Origin: an uncultured Bdellovibrionales bacterium
Lineage (GTDB): Bacteria > Patescibacteriota > Minisyncoccia > Moranbacterales > UBA1568
Assembly (NCBI GenBank): GCA_964396225.1
Contig: CAYNEL010000001.1
Location: 1 to 58,929 of the forward strand
DNA length: 58,929 nt
Reading direction: 5' to 3'
Every line of letters starts with the position of its first letter. Positions within the stretch are counted from its first letter, which is position 1. The notes beneath the pieces are model-generated. The model was not told the origin of the DNA. It was given only the letters and a program-made list of their open reading frames with translations, and did not search any database. A program made the position numbers and the translations under genes. Of this stretch, positions 8,034 through 16,057 are shown one piece after another.

Positions 8034-9308
8034 ATGCGAATCCTTCAATTCCCGAAACATTTCCTCTGGGGAGCGGCCACCTCGGCCCACCAGGTCGAAG
8101 GCGGCAACCACAACGACTGGAGCGAGTGGGAGAAACGGAACGCCACCCGTCTCGCCCGGGAATCGGAACGGGCCTTCGCTTGGAATCCGCACTGGAAACG
8201 TTTCAAGCGCGAGGCCACTGATCCGAGGAACTACATTTCCGGTCTGGCCTGCGACCACTACTACCGTTTCCGGGACGATTTCGACCTGGCTCGTGAGCTC
8301 AATCATAATGCCCATCGGTTCTCGATCGAGTGGTCGCGCATCGAGCCCGAAGAAGGCCGTTTCGACGAGCGGGCCATCGCGCACTATCGGGAAGTCGTGC
8401 AGGCGCTCCGGGAGCGCGGGTTGGAGCCTTTCGTCACGCTCTGGCACTGGACGCTCCCTCCCTGGGTGGCCGAGCGGGGCGGCGTCCTGGCGCCCGACTT
8501 CCCCCGTCTCTTCCGGCGGTATGCCGAACGCATGGCGCAGGAGTGTGGGCCGGCCGTGCGTTTCTGGATCACTTTGAACGAGCCGGACGTTTACGCCGGG
8601 CACGCATATTTGAAGGGCCAATGGCCGCCCATGAAAAAAGGCGTCTTCAATTATCTCAAGGCAGTGCGCGCTCTCGCGGAGACGCACCGGCGTGCCTACG
8701 CCGCCATCCGCCAAGCCGACGAGACGGCTTCGATCGGCATCGCCAAGCACCAGATCGCCTTCGAGGTCGCGCGGCCGACCCTCTGGAACCGTCTGCTCAA
8801 GTATCTTGCCGACCGGGTGTGGAACTGGGATTTCCTCGACCGTATCCGCGACCATCAGGATTTCATCGGGCTCAACCATTACAACCGGAACGTCATCGAC
8901 GGCTGGTACGGCCAAAACCCGAACGTCGAGCGTACGGATTTCGGCTGGGAGTACGCGCCGGATTCCCTCTACCAGGCGATTATGGAGCTCCGCCGCTACC
9001 GGAAGCCGGTCTACGTCACCGAAAACGGCCTCGCCGACGCGTCGGACGCCCTGCGCTCACGCTTCCTCCCCGAAGCGCTCTCGGCCGTCCACCGGGCCGT
9101 CGAGGACGGCGCGGACGTGCGAGGCTACCTCTACTGGTCGCTCCTCGACAATTTCGAATGGGACAAGGGGTACTGGCCGCGTTTCGGACTGGTGGTGGTG
9201 GACTACCCCACTCAGGAGCGCACCGTCCGCGAGAGCGCCCGCTGGTACGCGGAGGTCTGCCGCACCAACCGGATGCAGGCCCCTGCCAGCCGGGCCGAGT
9301 TTGTGTGA
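8034..9308 (+). CDS. GH1 family beta-glucosidase
   Basis: 424 aa. The N-terminus is FPKHFLWGAATSAHQVEGG. The catalytic motifs are ITLNEP (acid/base) and YVTENG (nucleophile). An extended -10, TGaTATACT (8016-8024), lies 9 nt before the ATG. Confidence 0.9.
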   Translation: MRILQFPKHFLWGAATSAHQVEGGNHNDWSEWEKRNATRLARESERAFAWNPHWKRFKREATDPRNYISGLACDHYYRFRDDFDLARELNHNAHRFSIEWSRIEPEEGRFDERAIAHYREVVQALRERGLEPFVTLWHWTLPPWVAERGGVLAPDFPRLFRRYAERMAQECGPAVRFWITLNEPDVYAGHAYLKGQWPPMKKGVFNYLKAVRALAETHRRAYAAIRQADETASIGIAKHQIAFEVARPTLWNRLLKYLADRVWNWDFLDRIRDHQDFIGLNHYNRNVIDGWYGQNPNVERTDFGWEYAPDSLYQAIMELRRYRKPVYVTENGLADASDALRSRFLPEALSAVHRAVEDGADVRGYLYWSLLDNFEWDKGYWPRFGLVVVDYPTQERTVRESARWYAEVCRTNRMQAPASRAEFV

Positions 9309-9315
9309 AAAATCC

Positions 9316-9344
9316 TTGCTCAAGCCGCTCGTGTGTGTTAGAGT
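9316..9344 (+). promoter_or_regulatory. Promoter of tRNA-Glu
   Basis: TTGCTC (9316-9321), a 17-nt spacer, then TGtTAGAGT (-10 at 9339-9344). It lies about 30 nt upstream of the tRNA 5' end. Confidence 0.5.
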
Positions 9345-9377
9345 AGCCTCGCGCTTTTTCGGAAGCGTTTTCTCTTT

Positions 9378-9449
9378 GGCCCCATCGTCTATCGGCTAGG
9401 ACAGCGGCTTTTCAAGCCGTTAAGAGGGGTTCGATTCCCCTTGGGGCTA
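9378..9449 (+). tRNA. tRNA-Glu (anticodon UUC), no encoded CCA
   Basis: GGCCCCA-TC-GTCT-ATCGGCTA-GGAC-A-GCGGC-TTTTCAA-GCCGT-TAAG-AGGGG-TTCGATT-CCCCT-TGGGGCT-A. Confidence 0.9.
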
Positions 9450-9457
9450 CTAAAAAA

Positions 9458-9495
9458 GAAAAGCACTGGCCCCGCGGTCGGTGCTTTTCTTTTTC
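9458..9495 (+). terminator. Intrinsic terminator after tRNA-Glu
   Basis: 10-bp stem 9462-9471 / 9476-9485 (two G-U pairs) with a 4-nt loop, followed by TTTTCTTTTT. Confidence 0.65.
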
Positions 9496-9516
9496 GGTGT
9501 TTTTCTAGCGACAGGC

Positions 9517-9540
9517 GAGGGGGATTTCCCTTGGGGCTAC
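9517..9540 (+). repeat. Degenerate duplicate of the tRNA-Glu T-arm/acceptor 3' end
   Basis: GATTTCCCTTGGGGCTAC (9523-9540) versus GATTCCCCTTGGGGCTAC (9433-9450) shows 17/18 identity. The upstream GAGGGG is also shared, with a 3-nt deletion in the T-loop. There is no 5' half, so this is not a functional tRNA. Confidence 0.6.
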
Positions 9541-9548
9541 CAAGTATG

Positions 9549-9572
9549 AACCCGCTCACAGGCGGGTTTTTT
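9549..9572 (+). terminator. Second intrinsic terminator, after the tRNA fragment
   Basis: Stem CCCGC (9551-9555) / GCGGG (9562-9566), followed by TTTTTT (9567-9572). Confidence 0.6.
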
Positions 9573-9586
9573 GCTATGCTGGAGAC

Positions 9587-10171
9587 ATGTTTCTCGATAT
9601 CCAACTTGGCCTCGTGTGGGCGGTCCTGACCGCACTTATGTTCGGGGAGCCGCTCACCTGGGAGTGGGTGGCGCTCGGCGTCTGTTTCGCTTTACTTCCG
9701 GATCTTGATTTCTGGGTGGAATTGGTCCGACGCGGGACGGTCGGTGGGAAGGAATTGGGCGCGCATCGCACCCTCCTCCACAATCCGCTCGTGTTCCTGC
9801 CGGCGGTGGCCGGCTGTTTCGTCTGGGGCGGACCGGCGCTCGGGACGCTGGCCGTACTTGGTATTTACGGGCACTTCGTCCATGATTCGATCGGGATGGG
9901 ATACGGCGTGCGTTGGCTGTGGCCTTTCTCGGGCAATTTCTCCAAACTCTTCTCCGACCGGGAGGGTGGCATCCATTATGACCTGGCCCACGCCCAGTGG
10001 ACGGTCTGGACTCGGGCAGAAGTGGAGCGGCTCCACCGGGAACACGGCAACGATGCGTGGCTCCGCGAGGACATCCGCTACCATATGCGGAAACTTCCCT
10101 TCCATCTCATCATCCTCGGTTTCCTCGGCCTTTTGGTGTATGTCCTGGTCGTTTGGTTCGGTTTAGGGTAG
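9587..10171 (+). CDS. YdjM/DUF457-family membrane-bound metal-dependent hydrolase
   Basis: 194 aa with ...ALLPDLDFW...HRTLLHNPL...GHFVHDSIG... His/Asp motifs on a polytopic scaffold. TATGCT (9575-9580) lies 6 nt before the ATG. Confidence 0.65.
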   Translation: MFLDIQLGLVWAVLTALMFGEPLTWEWVALGVCFALLPDLDFWVELVRRGTVGGKELGAHRTLLHNPLVFLPAVAGCFVWGGPALGTLAVLGIYGHFVHDSIGMGYGVRWLWPFSGNFSKLFSDREGGIHYDLAHAQWTVWTRAEVERLHREHGNDAWLREDIRYHMRKLPFHLIILGFLGLLVYVLVVWFGLG

Positions 10172-10187
10172 AATCTCTTTCTTGCAT

Positions 10188-11282
10188 ATGCAAACCTCCT
10201 TTCGCGTCCTCGCCATCGAGACCTCCTGTGACGAGACGGCCGCCGCCGTCCTCTCGTTTGACGCTGGGCGCCTCACCGTGCTTTCGAACGTCGTCTCCTC
10301 CCAGGCCGATCTCCACGCGGCCTGGGGCGGGGTGGTACCCACCCTCGCCGCGCGTGAACATGTGAGGAACCTCGTGCCGGTCACCGGCCGGGCCCTCGCG
10401 GAGGCGGGCGTCACGCGGGACGACATCGATCTCATCGCTGTGACGGCGGGTCCAGGACTCGTGCCCGCGCTCGTGACCGGCGTGATGGCGGCCAAATCTC
10501 TCGCGTACGCTTGGAAGAAGCCGCTCCTCGGCATCCATCACATCGAGGGGCATATTTATGCGAACCTGTTGACCAGCAACCAGATGGGTATGGATGCGCC
10601 AGTTTTCGAATTTCCCGTCCTCGCTCTGGTCGTCTCGGGTGGCCACACCGAGCTGGTGCTGATGCGCGACCATTTCCGGTACGAGATCGTCGGTGAGACG
10701 CAGGACGACGCGGTGGGCGAAGCTTTCGACAAAGTGGCCAAGATGCTCGGCCTCCCCTATCCAGGCGGTCCGCCCGTCTCGGAGCGCGCCGACCGCGGTC
10801 AGGCGGAAGCCGCAATGTTCGGATTGGCCTTCCCTCGGCCGCTTCTCGACGATGATACGCTCGATTTCTCTTTCTCCGGTTTGAAGACGGCCGTGCTCTA
10901 CCGCCTCAAGAAAGACGCGAACAAAGTGAAAGACGATGCCTATGTCACCGGAGTCTGCCACGCCTTCCAGGCGGCGGTACTCGACGTCCTGGTGGGCAAG
11001 ACCCGTCTCGCGGTGGAGCGCTTTCGGCCGCGGACCTTCGTCATTGCGGGGGGCGTGTCCGCCAACACCGCTCTGCGCGCCCGTCTCCAGGAGATGCTGG
11101 CCGAAGAATTCTCCGAAACGCGCTTTATGACGCCGCCCTTCGTCTACTCCCTCGACAACGCGGCCATGATCGGGGCGGCTGCGGCCTATCGCTGGTCGCT
11201 TGCGTCACCCGAGGAGCGGACCGAGGGAAAGGACCGCTGGCGGACGCTTGCTGTGGAGGCCAATCTGAAAATGGCTTTGTAA
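10188..11282 (+). CDS. tsaD: tRNA N6-adenosine threonylcarbamoyltransferase TsaD
   Basis: Contains VLAIETSCDETAAAV... and HHIEGHIYAN (metal-binding HxxxH). The length and C-terminus fit Kae1/TsaD. ATG 10188 is preferred over the TTG at 10182 used by the ORF track. Confidence 0.95.
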   Translation: MQTSFRVLAIETSCDETAAAVLSFDAGRLTVLSNVVSSQADLHAAWGGVVPTLAAREHVRNLVPVTGRALAEAGVTRDDIDLIAVTAGPGLVPALVTGVMAAKSLAYAWKKPLLGIHHIEGHIYANLLTSNQMGMDAPVFEFPVLALVVSGGHTELVLMRDHFRYEIVGETQDDAVGEAFDKVAKMLGLPYPGGPPVSERADRGQAEAAMFGLAFPRPLLDDDTLDFSFSGLKTAVLYRLKKDANKVKDDAYVTGVCHAFQAAVLDVLVGKTRLAVERFRPRTFVIAGGVSANTALRARLQEMLAEEFSETRFMTPPFVYSLDNAAMIGAAAAYRWSLASPEERTEGKDRWRTLAVEANLKMAL

Positions 11283-11302
11283 AGCCAAAAAATAGAAGAA
11301 CC

Positions 11303-11334
11303 GAGCCCTTTCGACAAGGGCTCAGTTTTGTTTT
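11303..11334 (+). terminator. Intrinsic terminator after tsaD
   Basis: Stem GAGCCCTT (11303-11310) / AAGGGCTC (11316-11323), followed by AGTTTTGTTTT. It is immediately followed by TATAAT (11335-11340), the likely -10 of the glycan operon. Confidence 0.7.
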
Positions 11335-11363
11335 ATAATGGCTTAATAAAGCCAAAAACCGTC

Positions 11364-12056
11364 ATGACTGATACTTCCCCGTCCATCTGGATCGTCATCC
11401 CCGCCTACAACGAAGCCAAAGTGATTGCTTCGGTACTCCGCGAGGTGCAGGCCGCCGGCTATCGGAATATCGTGATAGTGGACGACGGGAGCAAGGATCG
11501 GACCGCGGACGAAGCCGCATCGGTCGCCGGGACCACAGTGCTCGTCCACCGCCTGAACCGCGGTAAGGGCGCCGCCACCAAGACGGGCATCGAAGGCGCC
11601 AAGCTCCTCGGCGCGGGTATCGTCGTGACCATGGACGGGGACGGTCAGCATGACCCGGCCGATATCGCCCGGATCATCGCGCCCATCCTCCAGGGCGAGG
11701 CGGCGGTGGTGCTCGGGACGCGTCTCTCCGACACCCGCGGCATGCCGTGGTACAAGGTGCTGGCCAACGCCCTGGCCAACGTGCTCACCTGGTACATTTA
11801 CGGGCTCTGGGTGTCGGACAGCCAATCGGGTTTCCGGGCCTATCGGCGGAGCGCCCTCGAGCGCATCGACACCGTCACCGACCGCTACGAATACGACAGC
11901 GAGGTGATCCGCCAGATCTACCTCCACCGGCTCAAGTTCAGGGAAGTCCCCATCGCCGTCCGCTACACCGAGTACTCGATGGGCAAAGCGCAGAAACAGG
12001 GCTTCGTGAACGGCCTCAAAACCCTCTACAAGATGGTCTTTAACCTGTTCCACTAG
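11364..12056 (+). CDS. GT2 glycosyltransferase, polyprenyl-phosphate sugar synthase (DPM1/GtrB-like) type
   Basis: Contains IWIVIPAYNEAKVI, IVIVDDGSKDRT and TMDGDGQHDP. About 230 aa. It is followed by a DUF2304 gene, which is a known pairing. Confidence 0.85.
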   Translation: MTDTSPSIWIVIPAYNEAKVIASVLREVQAAGYRNIVIVDDGSKDRTADEAASVAGTTVLVHRLNRGKGAATKTGIEGAKLLGAGIVVTMDGDGQHDPADIARIIAPILQGEAAVVLGTRLSDTRGMPWYKVLANALANVLTWYIYGLWVSDSQSGFRAYRRSALERIDTVTDRYEYDSEVIRQIYLHRLKFREVPIAVRYTEYSMGKAQKQGFVNGLKTLYKMVFNLFH

Positions 12057-12065
12057 CGCCCCCCT

Positions 12066-12422
12066 ATGGACCTCTCGCGCATCCCTCTCTACCAGATCGT
12101 CGTCATTATCGTAGCCGGCACCATGCTCTATCAGGGCTTCGCCGCTTACTGGAAGCATCAGACGGGCCAGACCGGGCTCAAGCTTTTGATCCGCGTCCTG
12201 GTCTGGGGCGGCATGATCTTGGTGGCGGTGTTCCCGGGGGTGACCACCGTCATGGCCCGCGTCATCGGCCTCGAGGGCAACATCAACGCCGTCATCATGA
12301 CCGGTTTTGTTCTGGGGTTTCTCATGATCTTCAAGCTCCTCTCCGCCATCGAGCGTTTGGAACAGAACATCACCAAGCTCGTCCGCGAGGACGCGCTGCA
12401 TGATCTGAAACCGAAATCATGA
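12066..12422 (+). CDS. DUF2304-family small membrane protein
   Basis: 118 aa with 4 hydrophobic segments and a C-terminal amphipathic helix (LLSAIERLEQNITKLVRE). It sits in the usual position downstream of a GT2 gene. Confidence 0.65.
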   Translation: MDLSRIPLYQIVVIIVAGTMLYQGFAAYWKHQTGQTGLKLLIRVLVWGGMILVAVFPGVTTVMARVIGLEGNINAVIMTGFVLGFLMIFKLLSAIERLEQNITKLVREDALHDLKPKS

Positions 12423-13564
12423 AACTGGCCATTTTTTCCCCGTACTATCCTCCGCATACCGGGGGCCTCGAGACCCACAGCGACGAATTCAACCGGTATC
12501 TGTCCGAGGGAGGGACAGATATCGTTGTTTTCACGCCCCACCTACCAGAAAGCGCCCCGGCGCGGGAGACGTTGCACCACGGCCGGGTGTGCGTCATCCG
12601 TTATCCCGCCTTTGAGATCATCCGCAACTATCCCCTTCCCAGAGTGTGGGAGCATGACTTCCGCGTGGCCTGGCGCGAGCTGACGCAGGAGACCTACGAT
12701 CTAGTGGTCTCACGCACCCGTTTCTTCTTTTCCTCTCTTCTGGCTCTCATTTTCGCCAAAAGAAAGAAGATTAGGTGGGTCCATATCGAACACGGCTCCG
12801 AGTATGTCCGCTTGTCTAGCTCTTGGAAGACGCTCTCAGCGCGGTTATACGACGAGACACTCGGCCGTCTCGTGCTCCGCTCTTCGGACCGAAATGTCGC
12901 CATCTCCGAAGCCGTCCGGGAATTCGTGGCGCGTTTCGATCGGCGGCCGGTCCCGGTGATTTACCGCGGTCTCGACTTTGCCGCTCTTGACACCGTCAGG
13001 CCGGACGACGGGATACGGAGGCGCTTTCCGGACCAGGTCATCTGCGTCACCGCTGCCCGCCTCTATGCCTGGAAGAACATCGCGGCCTCGGTCAAGGCGA
13101 TCAAATATCTTCCGGAAACCCTGCGGAAGCGGACCGTTTTCCTCGTGCTCGGCGACGGCGAGGACCGCGAGCGCTTGGAGACGCTGGCCGCGGGACTGCC
13201 GGTGCATTTCCTCGGTGACCTGCCCCGTGAACAGGTCCTGGCCATCCTGAAAGCGAGCGACATCTATCTCCACACTTCCCTGCCGGGAGGGGGCCTGTCC
13301 ACTTCCCTGCTCGAAGCGATGTATGCCGGCTGCGCGATCATCGCGACGCCGCATGAAGGAGCCCGGGAAGTGGTCGCTGACGGTGAGACAGGCCTCCTTT
13401 TGACTGGAGCGACCGTGGGTGACCTCGCTTCGGCCGTCGAACGACTGGCCGCTGACGTACCGGAGCGAAAACGTCTCGGCACCGCCGCCCGGGAGCGGAT
13501 CGCTGAGCGGTTCGACTGGCCGCATTCCATTGAGGCATATCTCAGACTCTTCCATACCCTATGA
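12419..13564 (+). CDS. GT4 (GT-B fold) glycosyltransferase
   Basis: Starts MKLAIFSPYYPPHTGGLETH.... The C-terminal half carries GGGLSTSLLEAMYAGCAIIATPHEGAREVV (E-x7-E region). There is an ATGA start/stop overlap with the upstream gene. Confidence 0.85.
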   Translation: MKLAIFSPYYPPHTGGLETHSDEFNRYLSEGGTDIVVFTPHLPESAPARETLHHGRVCVIRYPAFEIIRNYPLPRVWEHDFRVAWRELTQETYDLVVSRTRFFFSSLLALIFAKRKKIRWVHIEHGSEYVRLSSSWKTLSARLYDETLGRLVLRSSDRNVAISEAVREFVARFDRRPVPVIYRGLDFAALDTVRPDDGIRRRFPDQVICVTAARLYAWKNIAASVKAIKYLPETLRKRTVFLVLGDGEDRERLETLAAGLPVHFLGDLPREQVLAILKASDIYLHTSLPGGGLSTSLLEAMYAGCAIIATPHEGAREVVADGETGLLLTGATVGDLASAVERLAADVPERKRLGTAARERIAERFDWPHSIEAYLRLFHTL

Positions 13565-14427
13565 AGCTTTCCTGGAAACCTTTCGTCAAAGTCCCTCTGG
13601 TGCTGGCCGAAAACCTCGTCTTCGGGACTTTTCCGTCGCTCCGACCCTGGGTCGAACGTTATCTTTTCAATCCCTACGATTTCAACGAGGCTCATATCGA
13701 GTATTCGAAGAGGAAATTCGATGAATTTTTCGTGGCTCTTCCTGCGGATATTTCACTGGCAAACAAGACCGTGCTCGAACTCGGCCCGGGCGGATCGGTC
13801 GGCTTCGGTCTCCTGGCCCTCCAGGCGGGAGCCGCCCAGTATCTCGCCCTCGATGACGGCGAGCACACCTTCGTCCGGCCTCGGCAGATCCGTGGATATC
13901 GGAAGCTGGTCGGGAACGACACAGTCCTACGGTGTTTCGAGAAGCGGGCCGGACGGATCGTCTATAGGGAAGAGGCCATCCGGTTCAAGAACATCACCCA
14001 GGCTTCTGGGTATCCCCTCCCGGACGCTTCGGTGGACGTCATCTATTCCTGTGCCGTGCTCGAACACGTCCACGACTTGGACCAAGCTTTTTCCGAAATG
14101 TCCCGGGTGTTGAAACCGGGCGGCATCATGTACCATGAAGTGGACCTGCGCGACCATATCTTCTCGCAGGACAGTCTCTGGTTCCTCTCCATTCCAGACC
14201 GTCTGTTCCGCTTCTTCTTCCGCCACACCGGCGGGTATGTCAACCGTGCCCGCTTCAGCGCCTATCGGGCGCTGGCCGGGCGGTTCGGTCTGGAGACGCT
14301 CGCGTGGACGCCCACCATCCGTTTTGTGGGCATTCCGCCGCGCGGTCTCATGGAGCGGTTTTCCGAAGAAGATCTCCGCACCCTGTCGTTTGTGATGGTG
14401 ATCCGCAAGGCCTATGCACATCCCTGA
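13561..14427 (+). CDS. Class I SAM-dependent methyltransferase
   Basis: Motif I is VLELGPGGS. Also present is ...VDVIYSCAVLEHVHDLDQAFSEMSRVLKPGGIMY (Methyltransf_11-like). There is an ATGA overlap with the upstream GT4. Confidence 0.8.
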   Translation: MKLSWKPFVKVPLVLAENLVFGTFPSLRPWVERYLFNPYDFNEAHIEYSKRKFDEFFVALPADISLANKTVLELGPGGSVGFGLLALQAGAAQYLALDDGEHTFVRPRQIRGYRKLVGNDTVLRCFEKRAGRIVYREEAIRFKNITQASGYPLPDASVDVIYSCAVLEHVHDLDQAFSEMSRVLKPGGIMYHEVDLRDHIFSQDSLWFLSIPDRLFRFFFRHTGGYVNRARFSAYRALAGRFGLETLAWTPTIRFVGIPPRGLMERFSEEDLRTLSFVMVIRKAYAHP

Positions 14428-16045
14428 CGCCGCTTCGATCAAGGCATGGCTGAAAAAGCACCAGTGGCTCATTGTCGCGGGACTCTTCTTTGTTATCTTC
14501 AAATTCACCCTCGTGACCGTGTTATGGCATGGTCGGATAGTGCCGCCGTCACCAGATGATTCGTCCGTCTACCTGCTGCATCTCGATTCGGTATTGGATT
14601 GCCCGGTGCTTTTTGGATGTGCTGATTCCCCCGTCAACTTCGGAACATACGCCGGCGTTGACCATCTCGTTTACCGCGTTGGTCTGGGTTGGCCTGGCCG
14701 GCTCTTAGGATGGGACGCGCTCGAGACCTACCGCTGGGGGTTTTATATCGGCACTGTCCTCTTGGCGCTTGCCCTCATCTTCTTTCTGAGCAAACTGAAC
14801 GACGGGAAGCAGAGACTCACGGCCTACTCTCTCTTTATCCTGGCCCTGTATAACGGTGCCGGTTCTTATCACGGGTTTTTCTGGGTGGTGCCCAGTTTTT
14901 TCGCGCTTCTCTTCTTTTTCCTGATTTTGGGGATTTTCTTCGATAGACAGATTCGGCGCTGGCCGCTCTATCTCGCCCTCCTCGTACCTCTCGGGATATT
15001 CAGTCATGTCTTGGGGCTGTATCTCTTGGCGGTACTCCCCTTCTACTGCCTCTTCAATGCCGCTCTGGAAAAACGCATAGATTGGCTGTGTGTCAGGAAA
15101 TCAATCTTTGCTTTCAGTGTGGCGCTCCTTTTCTATGTCCCGACCGTGGCCTATTTCTCGTCGTTTTCCTACGGGAATCCTTATGGGCCGGAAACCCTCA
15201 TCCAGCAGGTTTCTGAGAGGCGCTCTGCCGGGACGCTTGCCCTGACAACGGGCGAAACGGGCCGTTTACCCGGAGAGAGAAACTTGCTTCCCGGCTGGGA
15301 GGGTGTTTCCACGGCCTATTTCCGTTGGATTTTCCCAAGTTGGATAGGCTATGTCATCTTTGCCGCCTGTCTGTGGTTGAATTACCGGTATCGCCGGTAC
15401 AGGATCATCAGTCTTTATCTGGCCGCTGTTCTCTTCACTCTTGCCGCTTCTCTCAATCCGCACGGTGAGCGCTCCCTCATCTTCCTGTGGCCGGTAACGT
15501 TCATATTTTATGGTCAGGCGAGTTGGCTTGGATTGAAGTGGGCCTCGGAAAACCTCAAACCGGGCGTTCCGGTCGAATTGCTGAGGATGCTGATCATGGG
15601 CGTGACGGTATTCTTCGTGATACTGGCCTCGATGTACTCTTTCCTCTGGAACCGTTACCTCAACAGCCTGCGAGACATCGTCGTTCCGGAAGACGTTCTG
15701 ATGTTCCTGTCGGAGCCCGCCCGTCATGAAGCAAAGGTGATGTATGCCACCGAAGTCGCCTTTCTTGATAACTGGATGACACTCGACGGGACGTACCGGA
15801 AACCCGGCCGGACGCTCAGTCTTGATGAATCCGATTACTACGTGACGCTTGACGAGGCGACCCTAAGACACGAAAAAGAGCTGCATGGCACCCTGTTCGC
15901 CCCGTTTTTCGACATCCTTTCTCGCGTTCTGTTGTTCCAGCACGAAATTCCTCCAGCACGGATGGACGGTGAGCGGGTGACTGAGGGCATGAGAGTAGAG
16001 TACTCTTCCGGTCCAGTCCAGATATACGACAGCAATCCAAATTGA
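14414..16045 (+). CDS. Large polytopic membrane protein with a C-terminal soluble domain (GT-C / polymerase-like, family unknown)
   Basis: 543 aa with about 10-12 hydrophobic segments over the first ~420 aa. It overlaps the upstream gene by 14 nt. GC is lower (about 47% in a sampled line). Confidence 0.6.
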   Translation: MHIPDAASIKAWLKKHQWLIVAGLFFVIFKFTLVTVLWHGRIVPPSPDDSSVYLLHLDSVLDCPVLFGCADSPVNFGTYAGVDHLVYRVGLGWPGRLLGWDALETYRWGFYIGTVLLALALIFFLSKLNDGKQRLTAYSLFILALYNGAGSYHGFFWVVPSFFALLFFFLILGIFFDRQIRRWPLYLALLVPLGIFSHVLGLYLLAVLPFYCLFNAALEKRIDWLCVRKSIFAFSVALLFYVPTVAYFSSFSYGNPYGPETLIQQVSERRSAGTLALTTGETGRLPGERNLLPGWEGVSTAYFRWIFPSWIGYVIFAACLWLNYRYRRYRIISLYLAAVLFTLAASLNPHGERSLIFLWPVTFIFYGQASWLGLKWASENLKPGVPVELLRMLIMGVTVFFVILASMYSFLWNRYLNSLRDIVVPEDVLMFLSEPARHEAKVMYATEVAFLDNWMTLDGTYRKPGRTLSLDESDYYVTLDEATLRHEKELHGTLFAPFFDILSRVLLFQHEIPPARMDGERVTEGMRVEYSSGPVQIYDSNPN

Positions 16046-16057
16046 TGCTTCGGACTT

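Noticed and set aside
7501-8915. 358-aa (+) and 390-aa (-) ORFs overlapping mpg and the GH1 gene
   Set aside because: These are out-of-frame or antisense to two genes with catalytic motifs, and their P/R/G/S-rich composition indicates non-coding frames.
9517-9540. Second tRNA-Glu gene
   Set aside because: Only the T-arm/acceptor 3' portion is present. There is no D or anticodon arm, so it is recorded as a repeat or scar instead.
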